A stretch of DNA of 64,000 bases, taken from positions 3,162,001 to 3,226,000 of the forward strand of contig OX597824.1 of assembly GCA_951406725.2 (NCBI GenBank), given 5' to 3'. Below are positions 52,781 through 64,000 of the stretch, piece after piece (positions within the stretch are counted from its first letter, which is position 1; each line of letters opens with the position of its first letter). Below the pieces are notes generated by a model. It ran no database searches and was not told the origin of the DNA. It saw only the letters and a program-made list of their open reading frames with translations. The DNA comes from Octopus vulgaris. Taxonomy: Eukaryota. A program made the position numbers and the translations under genes.

Positions 52781-53993
52781 AACAGATCAGTATTATGACA
52801 CACAAACCACTGCTGTATCGGTCCCTGCAAAAATCACTTCAGACTTGACTATGCAGGGCTACAAATACGGACACCTGCAAAACAGACATGACACACGGGG
52901 ACAGAAAGAAGTTTAAACACGTGAACCAACGCAAGGGATTTATTAATGCGTCTGTTTTCACCGTCATGTCTTTCTCAACAAATGTCCATTTCAAAAGTAA
53001 AATCCCAAGATCCAGGCAATAATTCATCGAGAGAAATGTTTATATAGGGTCGGCCAAAGCTCATGAAGTCTGAATGCATAAACTAGGCATAAACTAATGG
53101 CTTGACATGTAGCACCAGCTGCAAGTTTATACTTTGTAACTTTTGGTTCATCTTTCAAAAGACGTTAATAAGTTTGGCTCCCATGTGTAGTGAAGAATCT
53201 AACATTCTGGGTCTTTTCTCTTCATCTGAAAACGAGCATGGAAGAGAAGATGGTGTTGGTTGCATTTACTAACTTTCAGCTGAAATAACTACAAAAGGTC
53301 AAGGGTTGAAACTTTAGAATTTTCACTTATCAGGGCCATTGACTTAATAAAATGTTCTGCGAGCTGTCCATTTGCTGGTCTGTCTTTTTGTTTATCTATA
53401 TACTCTGGTCTGTGCAGGTATTTGTGGAAGACTGTGTGTACATGGGCAAAAGTATTATTCTTAATCCTATTCTTACCATATTTCCATTGAAAGACATTGT
53501 TTTTCTTTCAATTAAGTTTGAAAGTAATAAAGAATTTAGCAAAATAAATTTGTCATTATTAATCAGATATTTGGAATATAAATTATCTTGCTATTTAGAT
53601 GAAAGGATTTAATTTAGATCACTTTGAAATGGAATTTATTTCGTAGTGCTAGGGTTGGTCCCAAACAATTTAGTATCCAAAAAAAAAGGGTTAAACCTTA
53701 AACCTAGAGACCAAATCAATCAAAATGTAGAAAGGAGAAACATGGAAGAGGAAACTTATTCAGTCGCATCAATGTTTATGAGAAATAAAGACTACAAGTT
53801 ACTTACGTATTCATAGATTTATTTTCGTTGTCAGTTTTTAAGAAAATACAAAAAGATACTCTCAGACTGACAGCAAGTTGCGAATCTTAAGAAATCCTGA
53901 AGACAAATCTTAGGAAAGAGTATTATAATGAAATATTCATTGTTCAAATTTGATTTCAAGAATATGACATATTAGAAAAATATTCTACTACTG

Positions 53994-54053
<60 letters not shown>

Positions 54054-54254
54054 TTACTACAACTGCTGCTGCAGCTACTACTACTACTTCTTCCTGTTAC
54101 CGCTCCAAAATTGATCTTAACGTAACAACTTTGAGATAGCGATTATTTATAGTTGAAGAGATTTGGAATTAATAATGCATTATCTATTAATAATTGATAG
54201 CTATTAGCTATGTGTATATAACTCCAAGCAAGCAATGTGTGTGTGTGTGTGTGT

Positions 54255-55030
54255 GTGTGGCTTCCATGGAAATCTGCAAACAGCACTGAATATAGGTCAA
54301 GATAATTCCTCTTTTTATGTCCCGGAAAAAAAATTAATAAACGGAACCATTTCTACGGTACTATATTGGTTAAGAAGTTTCCTTTTCAATGGTTTGAGTG
54401 GCATCTCAGGCAAGTATATTCAACTAAAGCCCCAGGCCAACCAAAGACCAGTGAATGAATTTCATAGACAAACTTAAAGAAGACCTCTGTAAATATCCAT
54501 ACATACATAATATGTGAAGGTTCAGGGAAAACAGCGGACTGATGCACGGATGCTGGCATTCTTGCTCTTGTGCAGCGCGACAAGAAAAACGTCTGCTTGT
54601 TATCGACAATGCATTCAGCAAGTATGAAGGGCACTTGGAAATAAGGTACGGACGGTAATGTCATAATTAAACTGAGTGTTGTTGTTTCAAACAATGAAAG
54701 GATGGGCGGGATCGATCGCTCAGATCAGCTGGCGATGACACACAAATCGGTGAGAAAATCTGTGCAAAATATTTTCTTGTACATAGTCGACATATCTGTT
54801 GTGAAGTCGCATTTGATTTGGCAGATGCTTGGTGGTGTGGGGGTTGAATTGACATTCAGGAATCTATAGTTCCGTGAAATGATAGAAGCATTAGACCTGT
54901 CAAATATGGAACGCGTGGACGTCCTCACGCAAGACTCTCTTCTCATAGCATAGTGAAGGGATGTGGACATTTTCCACGACTGTTTCCCCCCACCGTTAAG
55001 ATGACAAATGCTTCAAAGAGATGCCCAGTA
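54255..55030 (+). mobile_element. Decayed piggyBac transposase fragment
   Basis: Plus-strand peptides RDKK.VCLLSTMH, NERMGGIDRSDQL...RKSV..IFLYIVDISVV, GHFP. Confidence 0.78.
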
Positions 55031-55711
55031 TCTCTACATTTACGATGATCTTTTATTTTTCAAGTTATTAATGATAAATATATCATTTTCCTTTCTCTTA
55101 TACGAAAATTATATACTAGTTACTTTTTAACATCTTTCTAAATTTCCCTTCCCTTTTTTAGAAAACTGTCTTATTAACTCCTATTTTTTTTTATTATTGT
55201 CTTCCATACTTTTAAAGTTCTTTTTCTTTAAGTATTGACTTTGAGTTCTTGAATCGTTATGTCGGGTGATTATCTTTTAACGTGGATTTCTTTTAACCTG
55301 AAGAGCTAGCTTAATATCTACATTAATTTGAAGACTGTTTACATTAATGCAGACTACATTTCATAAAATAAGTACCAGTTGAGCACTGGGATCGATGAAA
55401 TCGACTTACCCCTCCCCCAAAAATTGCTGGACATGTTCCAAAATGTATTACTTATAAAATATAAAATAAATTATCTACACATGTTTTATTAAGCTACGAA
55501 ACAACTGTCGTTAAATAAGAATTTCGAATGGTAAAATAAATGTTATCATACAATGTTTCTCTTGTTATATATAATTCTATGTAGTCCTTATGGGTTTTAT
55601 TTTTTTTTTATCGTTCTATATATTCTCTGTTTTGCAGAATGATACATTAAGGAGGTTTCTTCATGAATAACCGGATTAGTTGAATCAATATATCGGGACT
55701 TATACACACAC

Positions 55712-55852
<141 letters not shown>

Positions 55853-55856
55853 TAAA

Positions 55857-56417
55857 CAGGGTGCGATGGGTAAATTGTCACCATTTTATATTTTTATATT
55901 TTTGATTTCGTGCATAAGCATTGTTAGATTTGGATTTGTCAACTACACAGTATAGTAGGATCAGTTGGGCACCGTCTGTGAAAAACACAGCACTATGACG
56001 CAATTCACTCTGCCAGTAATTTGGAAACGACATGCTGTACTGCTTGGCATTCGGGCTGGAAACTCCAGTACGAACATTTCAAAATGTTTGGGTGTTAATC
56101 TGAGGACAGTGCAGAAGATTCGAAAAGAGTTGGGTGAGTCCAGTTGTGATTAAGAAGCTCGGAAAACTCACTCTGATCGTTCTGATAAAAAACGAACTCC
56201 TTAATTTGTAGGTGAGATCCAGGTTGTGATTGACAACGACCCCTCCAAGTCAATCAGGTCTATCGTCAGGGGCATGGGGGTGTCTGAGTTTCTCATGAGG
56301 CAGGTAGTTCATGAAGACGTTCGGTATTCCTCATACAAGATGAGAAAGGACCAATTTTTATACCAAGCCATCAAAGACAAGAGGAAAGCATCATCAACTT
56401 AAACAAGGAAACCATCG
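55857..56417 (+). mobile_element. 5' part of a Tc1/mariner-superfamily element, parent of the 8757 MITE
   Basis: CAGGGTGCGATGGGTAAATTGTCACC TIR and an HTH-like transposase N-terminus with stops; truncated by a 29108-family fragment. Confidence 0.75.
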
Positions 56418-56526
56418 AGTAGGCTCGAAACGTAAAAGACTTTTTTTATTCCTGAGCGTTATACTAATACATCTGTTTGTTTTCTACACCACCTGTCTTC
56501 GTCTTTTGTTTTTTTCGTGAACTCTG

Positions 56527-56584
<58 letters not shown>

Positions 56585-56984
56585 TATATACGTATATATA
56601 TGCGTAATGTATACTAGAATGATCTGTCATTTTTATATATATTTGCAAAGACGAATATTTACTGAAGTATTAAAGGATTATTAGGTAATATATGCAGGTA
56701 ATTCAATATCAAATCTCTGTATTTTCATTTATTGGAAGAAAAGGTAGAGAAATTGATGTTGGGAAAGGTATTTTGTCATAGAAGCCATTCAAGAGCAGAC
56801 ATTTGAGCATGACTCTTCAGATTCTGTCGGATCATTCAAACAATACAAGCGTAGAAACCGGTATTAAAGGATGATGGTGATGATGACGACGACGATGACG
56901 TTGACGATGATGATGATGGTGATGGTGATGAAATCCAAGACAGTCCAAAGCAAACCACTTTACCGTTTCCTTTGTATTTTGTAG

Positions 56985-57089
56985 TTTTACAGCAGTCCAT
57001 AAGACTGAAGTGATCAAGAACACCTTGAACCCAACATGGCAGCCGTTCAATGTGATGGCCAGTGTCTTGTGCAATGGTGATTACGACAG
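56985..57089 (+). CDS. CPNE8: Copine exon, C2B: [34 protein letters not shown](R)
   Basis: tattttgtAG acceptor, AG|GTAAGA donor. [13 protein letters not shown] and LCNGDYDR motifs. Confidence 0.96.
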
Positions 57090-57279
57090 GTAAGATCCCC
57101 CCTCTTTTTCTTGTTTCACTTTTGCTGTTCTCTCTTCGAGATAACCATTAATGTCTCTTCGTCTGGCTTACCTTTGTTTCAACTTATGTTGGATGTGTAT
57201 GCATGAATCTGGTAGGGTATATGTATATACCTATACAAATATATATATGTATGTATATATATGTGTGTATATAGATACA

Positions 57280-57350
<71 letters not shown>

Positions 57351-57690
57351 AATCGAAACGGAACATGGAAACAATTGATGGAAAAGAAAAATTGAGCAGA
57401 GAAATCTCATCAGTCTCAGAAACCATATCCAGCATAGTTTCGGGGCATTTAAAATCGGAAGACTTTAAGTTCCGTGACACTATTTTTCTAGCTGCGCCAT
57501 TGATTTAGGGAGCATCTCTTAGATAAGGGACAAATAAGAACTAAAGGCGATGGGCAACAGCGTACATGTGAGACAGAAAACCACGAACGGAAACAAACAA
57601 TGCACCAACATAAGATATATGGATTATATATATATGTTCATATACAGATGCATATAGATAAATATATATATACACGCACGCACGAACACA

Positions 57691-57749
<59 letters not shown>

Positions 57750-57762
57750 TATATATATATAC

Positions 57763-57813
<51 letters not shown>

Positions 57814-58109
57814 ATACATACTTGAAATGACTATAGAAAAGCCGGTTAAGTGCCTATACAGAAACTCCTGCGAGCAATCGTTAATTGTATTCGTATATAT
57901 TTGAATTTGAAAAATATTGTGAAATTGTGTTTAGTTTGGAAATGATTTCTAATTCATTTCTATGGTTGCTACACGTATTTCTCTTCTCTCTCGAACACAC
58001 ACACACACGCACATACAGGTAATGCTCTTCAGTAAAATCTTCTTGCCCCCTTCGCCATTAACAATTATTTGATTAAAAAGTAATTCTTGACATTTTTATT
58101 CCCATCTAG

Positions 58110-58151
58110 AGTCATCAAAGTCGAATGTTATGATTGGGACAGAGATGGCGG
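58110..58151 (+). CDS. CPNE8: Copine 42-nt exon: VIKVECYDWDRDG(G)
   Basis: cccatctAG acceptor, GG|GTAAGT donor. YDWDRDG Ca2+-binding loop. Confidence 0.94.
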
Positions 58152-59118
58152 GTAAGTATTTATGATATCTCTCTATCTATCTATTTATCTGTTTGTTTGC
58201 ATATCTATCCAATCTATTTCTATATTTTCGAACTCAGGGGTGAGAAAAATAATAAGGAGGTTACAGGAGGCAGTCGAAAAAGCCAGCTTCCATATATGGC
58301 TGAAGCGAGAAGACCCAAAATGGCTTGAAAGCCATAACATGCCGACTTAGTTTATCGGGGTTCATTGATTGGTTGATCAAAATGTGTCTAGTGGACGATT
58401 TATTCAATTTCAGGAAACGATCAAATGGACAGTTATGAAACGGTCAGTTGATTGAATTTGATCAAGTTGACCGTTGGTCTGAAACTTTCTCACTCAAAAA
58501 TCTCGAAGATGTTATTCACTGCTAAATGAAGTGGAGATGATGCGTAATTTACTGTCGTGAGTTCAAATTCTTCCTTGAACAAGATTACCATCTTTCTAGA
58601 CAATATCTAGTTTGTATTTTTAACAATACTGTTTGTTCGAACTTTTTAGATACAATACTTCTAGAGACTGTCCACCTTGTATTTTAACATTGTTGTTTAT
58701 TCAAACTGGATTGAGTACCATCACCATAGATTGTACTTCCCTAGCGTTTTAATAGTTCGGTTTGTTGAAACCGGTTAGGCTGCCATATATGCAGACAGTG
58801 CCTAGTTTGTAGTTTAGCAATAGTGTTTATTTAAACTGGTCTTTTCCCTGACCTTGTTGTCATGTCACCAATAATTGCGGAAACAATCCAATCAAAATTT
58901 CTAAGGAAGTCATATTTTCATAGCTTCTATATTCCCTTTCAACAAATATAATTAGCGTAAACAACACCATTAGCATTATAAATACTAAATTATGAATGTT
59001 CAAGGAAATCATTTGATTATTTTGATAAATTAAATTATAGAAACTAAATTGCTTTAATTCAATGTAAATTGAATTATAAATGTTAATGTACAAAATATTG
59101 TTTTCAATGTTTTGCCAG

Positions 59119-59194
59119 ACATGATTTTATTGGTGAATTTACGACAAATTTACAAACTTTGCTGAAAGGTGCGGGACCAGAAAACAGATATGAA
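59119..59194 (+). CDS. CPNE8: Copine exon, C2B end: HDFIGEFTTNLQTLLKGAGPENRYE
   Basis: ttttgccAG acceptor, GAA|GTAAGT donor. HDFIGEFTT motif. Confidence 0.94.
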
Positions 59195-59394
59195 GTAAGT
59201 CAGATACAAATTATGTTTCTTTTTTTTTCTTCTTTACATAGCTTTAACGCTTGTTTTACTATTTTCCTCTTAAAATACATTGCTTTCGTTTCAATTAATT
59301 TTGAAAAATTGAGTGAAACAGCTTTGTCATAATTTAGCTGATGTTAAGGACTTCTATTCACAAAATTTTTTATGGAAGGATTTTATTTAAACCA

Positions 59395-60800
59395 TTTTAA
59401 TAATTGTTTCTAATTTTGGCACAAGGCCAGCAATTATTAGGGGAAGGATCAAGTCCATTACATCAACCTTAGTACATGATTGTACTAATTTCACCTTAGT
59501 ACATAATTGGTAATTTATTTTATCCACCTTTGAAGTTTGAAAGGCAAAATTGACCGTGGTCGTATTTGAACTCAGAACGTAATGGACCATAGGAAATTCC
59601 GCTTAGCTTTCTTTGAAACATGCTAACAATCCTACCATAACATAAACAGTTTTATCTCAGAACTAAAGCCAATCTCAGGTGAGCTGCTTTCAAAAAGGTT
59701 AATTCTCTTCTAAGTTATGAAAATAGCTTCAAAATTTGGCACAAGGCCAGCAGTTTTTGAGGGGAGAGGGAATTCAACCTCAGTACTTCACTGGTACTTA
59801 TGTTACCAGTCCTTAAATGTTGAAAGACAAAGACAACCTCCGCGGAGTTTGAGTTCAGAATATAAAAACCGGTCGAAACGCCGCTATACACATTGTCCGG
59901 CGTTCTCACGATTCTATCAGCTCACCATCTGTTTCTAAGTTATAATGATGATTTCAAACTTTGGCAGAAGGTTAGCAACTTCGAGGGAGCGAGTAAGTCG
60001 ATTTCATCGACCCCAGTGCATAACTGGTACTTATTTTATCGATCCCTAAAGGATGAAAAGCAAAGTCAACCTGGACAGGTTTTGAAGTCAGAAGGTAAAG
60101 CTGGAAGACATGCCGCTTAGCATTTTGGCCCCCGGCACAGCAACGATTCTTCCATTTCACTGACTTAAGCACCTCCTATATTGGTTTCAAATTTTGGCAT
60201 AAGGCCAGCAAGTTCGAAATGGTGGGTATGTCCACTACATCGACTCAAGTGCTTAATTATTACCTATGAAATAACAGCGCCAAAGCAATAAAAATATGTA
60301 AGAATTTGTGTAACATCGAAATGTTTTGAAGACTGGAGTAATTCATTTTTGTTTTAATAATATTTGAGTGTGGGACTGGAAATGAAAGAAAATTCAGCTG
60401 AAGTAGAATACCTGACGTCCTTATCATGGCGAGTTGGCAGAATCGGTAGAGTGTCAGACAAAATGCTTACACAAATTTCATCTACCTTTACGATCTCAGT
60501 TCAAATTCCGCCAAGGTCGACTTTGTCTTTTATCCTTTTGGGGCCGATCGAATAAGTACCAACTGAGCGCTGGGATGGATGTAATCGACTTACACCCCAC
60601 CCCCGAATTCCGTTAGCGTGTCGGACAAAATGGCTACTAGTATTTCTTTCGACTCATTACGTTCTGCGTTCAAATTCCACCGGGGTCAAATTTACCTTTC
60701 ATCCCTCCGGAATCTATAAAAACCAGTCATGTACTGAAGCTGATACAATCGACTAAATGTTTCCTTCTAAAATTATTTGCCAAAATTCCAAGCAATTATT
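59395..60800. repeat. Cluster of old degenerate SINE family B copies in both orientations
   Basis: Repeated TTTGGCACAAGGCCAGCAA (minus copies) and GTTCAAATTCC.CC..GGTC (plus copies). Confidence 0.7.
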
Positions 60801-63188
60801 ATATATATTTTTTTATTTTCCAACAATGTTGTTTATTTAAATTGTGGGGGTAGCATCGGCGAAAATAAAACATTTCTTATAAAGAATCGACGCAATGAAA
60901 GTGTTATTAAAAATTGACAACACATTTCGAAAATTAAACAAAAATTCTATTTGTAAGTTTATGAAAAATATACTTCTCAATATATAGAATTATCTTTATA
61001 AATGTGTGTGTGTGTCTGTGTGTGTCTGTGTGTGAAATGACTTATTTTCTACCATGCTGTCTTCGTAATGATGCTGTTGATTAATAAAAGCCGAAGTCTA
61101 TAATAATAACGTTTAATAACCTACTTTTAAATATTTGTTTATTCGTTTCACTTATAACAAAGTCTATTTTTGTTTGTTCCTTGTTTCACTTATTATATTT
61201 TTCAATTGCTCTCGAATATGTTTCTAAAGGAAAACATCGCCAAGTCTGAAGTGGAACTGTCGCTATTAGAACACGCTCTTATGAGTTTTGAAGGCCTAAT
61301 AGGGATGGGGCTTTGATCCAGTTTTATTTGGAAATCACTTCTGCTGGGATAACGTAACAATCCACTTTAGACACCCTTTTCATAAGACCTGGATCCTATT
61401 TACAACAGAGATACAAGTACAGCACCAGTTTTATGGCATCCTTCGTTCCACACCTGTGTTAGATTACCTGTCAGCTAAACTAATCTATTCGTTACTATAT
61501 CTCTCTTGAAATACACTTTCTTCGTAACGTTTTAATTTCAAAAACTATAAAGAACAAATAACTTTGCCAGAATCGTTTGCTCGCCAAGCAAAATTCTAAG
61601 CGACATTTGTTCTCGCTTTACGTTCTGACTTCAAATTCCGCCGAGAATTGATTTTTCATTCGATAAAATAAGTACCAGTCGAGGACTAAGGGTCGATGTA
61701 ATCGCCCACACTTCCAAAATTTGTTCCTATTGCAGAAAGTATTACTAATCTTATGTCTGGAACATAAATTTTAATGGGGGAAATTATAATTTAGATCGCT
61801 TGAAATCAAGAAGTTTGTCCCAAAGAAAAAGAGATCCTCGTACAGGTTGGTATAAAGGGGTCAAAAGGGATTACGTAATTATAATCGTAAGGAAATTTCC
61901 TGAAGATTGCTTCCGTATCACTAATATCATTAATAACGTTTACGTGACTAAACATTCACAACACTCGCCATTTCACTCGAAACCTATTCTAAAGATGGAA
62001 ACACTCTTCCAGGAATTATATTGACATGAAAGTGCAAATATTTAATACAAAACAGAACATCATTTGTTAACCTCATAGCCACTTCCCCATCACCACTACC
62101 TCCATCGTCTCTTAAAACGCATCTGTGAAGGGTTTATGTCTATTGTTTCTCTTTTCATGTTAAGACTCTGTATTTCTTGCAGCGAAGATAAGCTACCGAT
62201 TAACTTCCGCTTCACACACACAGAGTATCCTTAGGGGTGGGGGTTAGCATGTATTGGGGGTTGATTTAGTTTTAAACATTTGCATTTTTTTGTATTATTA
62301 TAGTTCGATGTAGGGAGAGGATTTCCGCTTTCATGATGTGTTACCAGTGAGCAAACAAACACATGTCACGAAGGCTTGAGAGTGAATAAGTTACTAATAA
62401 TAGTCGCAGTGGTGGTGGTGGTGGTGTTGGTGGTGCTGGTGCTGGTGGCGATGGTGGTGGTGGCGATGATGATAACAAGGACAATCATGACGATGATGGT
62501 TTAAAACACTTTGATCTTAGCCAAAAGACTGAGACACGATGATTTCAAACAAAAACTCGGCACCTGTATTATATTTGCTTTTCATCGCTATATAGTTTTT
62601 ATATTTTTTTTTTCCAAATTAAGATTTCCTCGCTACGGCTCCACGTTGTACCATAAAAAGTTTTCATAAACATCACAAACTCAATACTGAGCTCAAGACA
62701 TAACATTATTATTCAAATCTTATAAAGGTTCCTTGCAGCATCGCCCTTACCATCATTTCGCTAATGACTTATTAACGTATTTGTATAAAGGCTTGGCCAT
62801 TAATAGCTCTTGACTAATGATCTATCAAGGTCTTTGTACAAAATCGTTGCCCTTATTGTATATTAAGGTTTTGTCTACACTAACAGTTCAGAGATCACAC
62901 TTTCAAGGAGATAATGATCATAAACTTCCCATTCGGTATAAATTTACGAGTCTGATCGATCAATTCAAATACTAAACGCTTGTTATTGCTGTCAGTTTTC
63001 TAATTCCAGTATCCCATTAATCAATCGGATCAATAATTAATATCATTAGTATATAGAAAATTCTAAATTACAGAAAGAAAAAAAGAAAAAATTTGAGAAA
63101 CTAATAAGGATTTACATTCATGATGTACATAATTAATAATAAATCAATATACACACTTATGAAAATTATGTTATATATGTAACATATA

Positions 63189-63246
<58 letters not shown>

Positions 63247-63409
63247 GTATAGAACGGCGCTGCCTGAAAAATTTTGTATCAGTGAAACTCGAAATGTTAA
63301 AAAACAGAGAGACAATTCAGAATATTGTTAGCGGATTGACGTACACCGTGTTTCAACCTCATATAGTCTCCTCGAGTTAAAATATGTAAGAAAAATTAAG
63401 CAAATGAAC

Positions 63410-63945
63410 ATGCGACCAAATTTTATCGACTGGTCAGTTAATCGAATTTTTGACTAGATTTATTTTATTAAGTTTCATCTAGTGGACACGTGATCGAATT
63501 TCATCCAAGTTGTCCGTTAGTTCAATTTCATCAGTAAGTCCATATCTAGAATTTGATTTAGTGGACAATTGATCAAATGTCATCGAATGGTTAATTGATC
63601 GAATTTGATCTAGTGGTCAGTCAATTGACTTCGAAACTACAGGTTAAAATCTATAGCCAGTATAATAGGCTGAGTATAGGTTAAATATATTAGCAAAACC
63701 TATGGAAAATTTATACGTGGCGTACAGGCTATAATATGTCGGCTAATTTAAGCAAATAAACATTTGACCGTATTTTATCAATCATTCCGTTGATCGAATT
63801 TAACTTAGTGGATTGTTGATGGACGGCCAGCTTAATTGAATTTGATCTTGTGAATTGAACGAATCTTCTATAGTTGACTGATGATCGAATTTGATACAAT
63901 GGCTATTTGATCGAATCTCATTAGTAGATTCATCTAGAAACTATA
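63410..63945. repeat. Degenerate tandem repeat built on TGATCGAATTTGATCTAGTGG; same family at about 58360-58480
   Basis: Recurring GATCGAATTT and CTAGTGG motifs at roughly 25-30 nt spacing. Confidence 0.6.
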
Positions 63946-64000
63946 GTTTTAAATTCTGAAAGTTCGTTTAAAAGTTAATGTAATAGGGCATGCAATTGGA

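Noticed and set aside
63074-63130. Lys-rich stretch after an AG as the next copine exon (NPKKKxKKK.Y.NSG)
   Set aside because: No INP or NSG motif and no good donor; the next exon is probably beyond the window.
63336-63380. Degenerate hammerhead on the minus strand (CUCGAGGA..GAAACACGGUGUA)
   Set aside because: Insertion in the core and poor stems I and II; too weak to call.

Overview
AT-rich, microsatellite-dense animal genomic DNA, most likely an octopus/cephalopod (inferred from its tRNA-derived SINE families). The window lies inside one + strand gene, a copine (CPNE8/5/9-like, Ca2+/phospholipid-binding). Ten short GT-AG exons (961-59194, 694 nt) splice in frame to give most of C2A, the linker and C2B; the first exon and the VWA-domain exons are outside the window. 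The introns hold decayed transposons: RTE, CR1/L2 and R4/Dong-like LINEs, mariner/Tc1, piggyBac, SINEs, and a young 5'-truncated Penelope-like element (RT + GIY-YIG). Two things stand out. (1) About a dozen type I hammerhead-ribozyme-like motifs sit in short repeats, most next to (TA)n. They include one textbook copy (17292-17342, minus), a two-copy family with a swapped G3-C8 core, a family of minimal motifs with palindromic stem III, and motifs with very long stem II. All sense-strand copies look damaged. (2) A frame-preserving 66-nt partial duplicate of a C2B exon, with intact splice sites and KSDP->KSNP, is a candidate new cassette exon. Most ORFs in the supplied track are microsatellite translation artefacts. 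All folds and alignments were done by eye.
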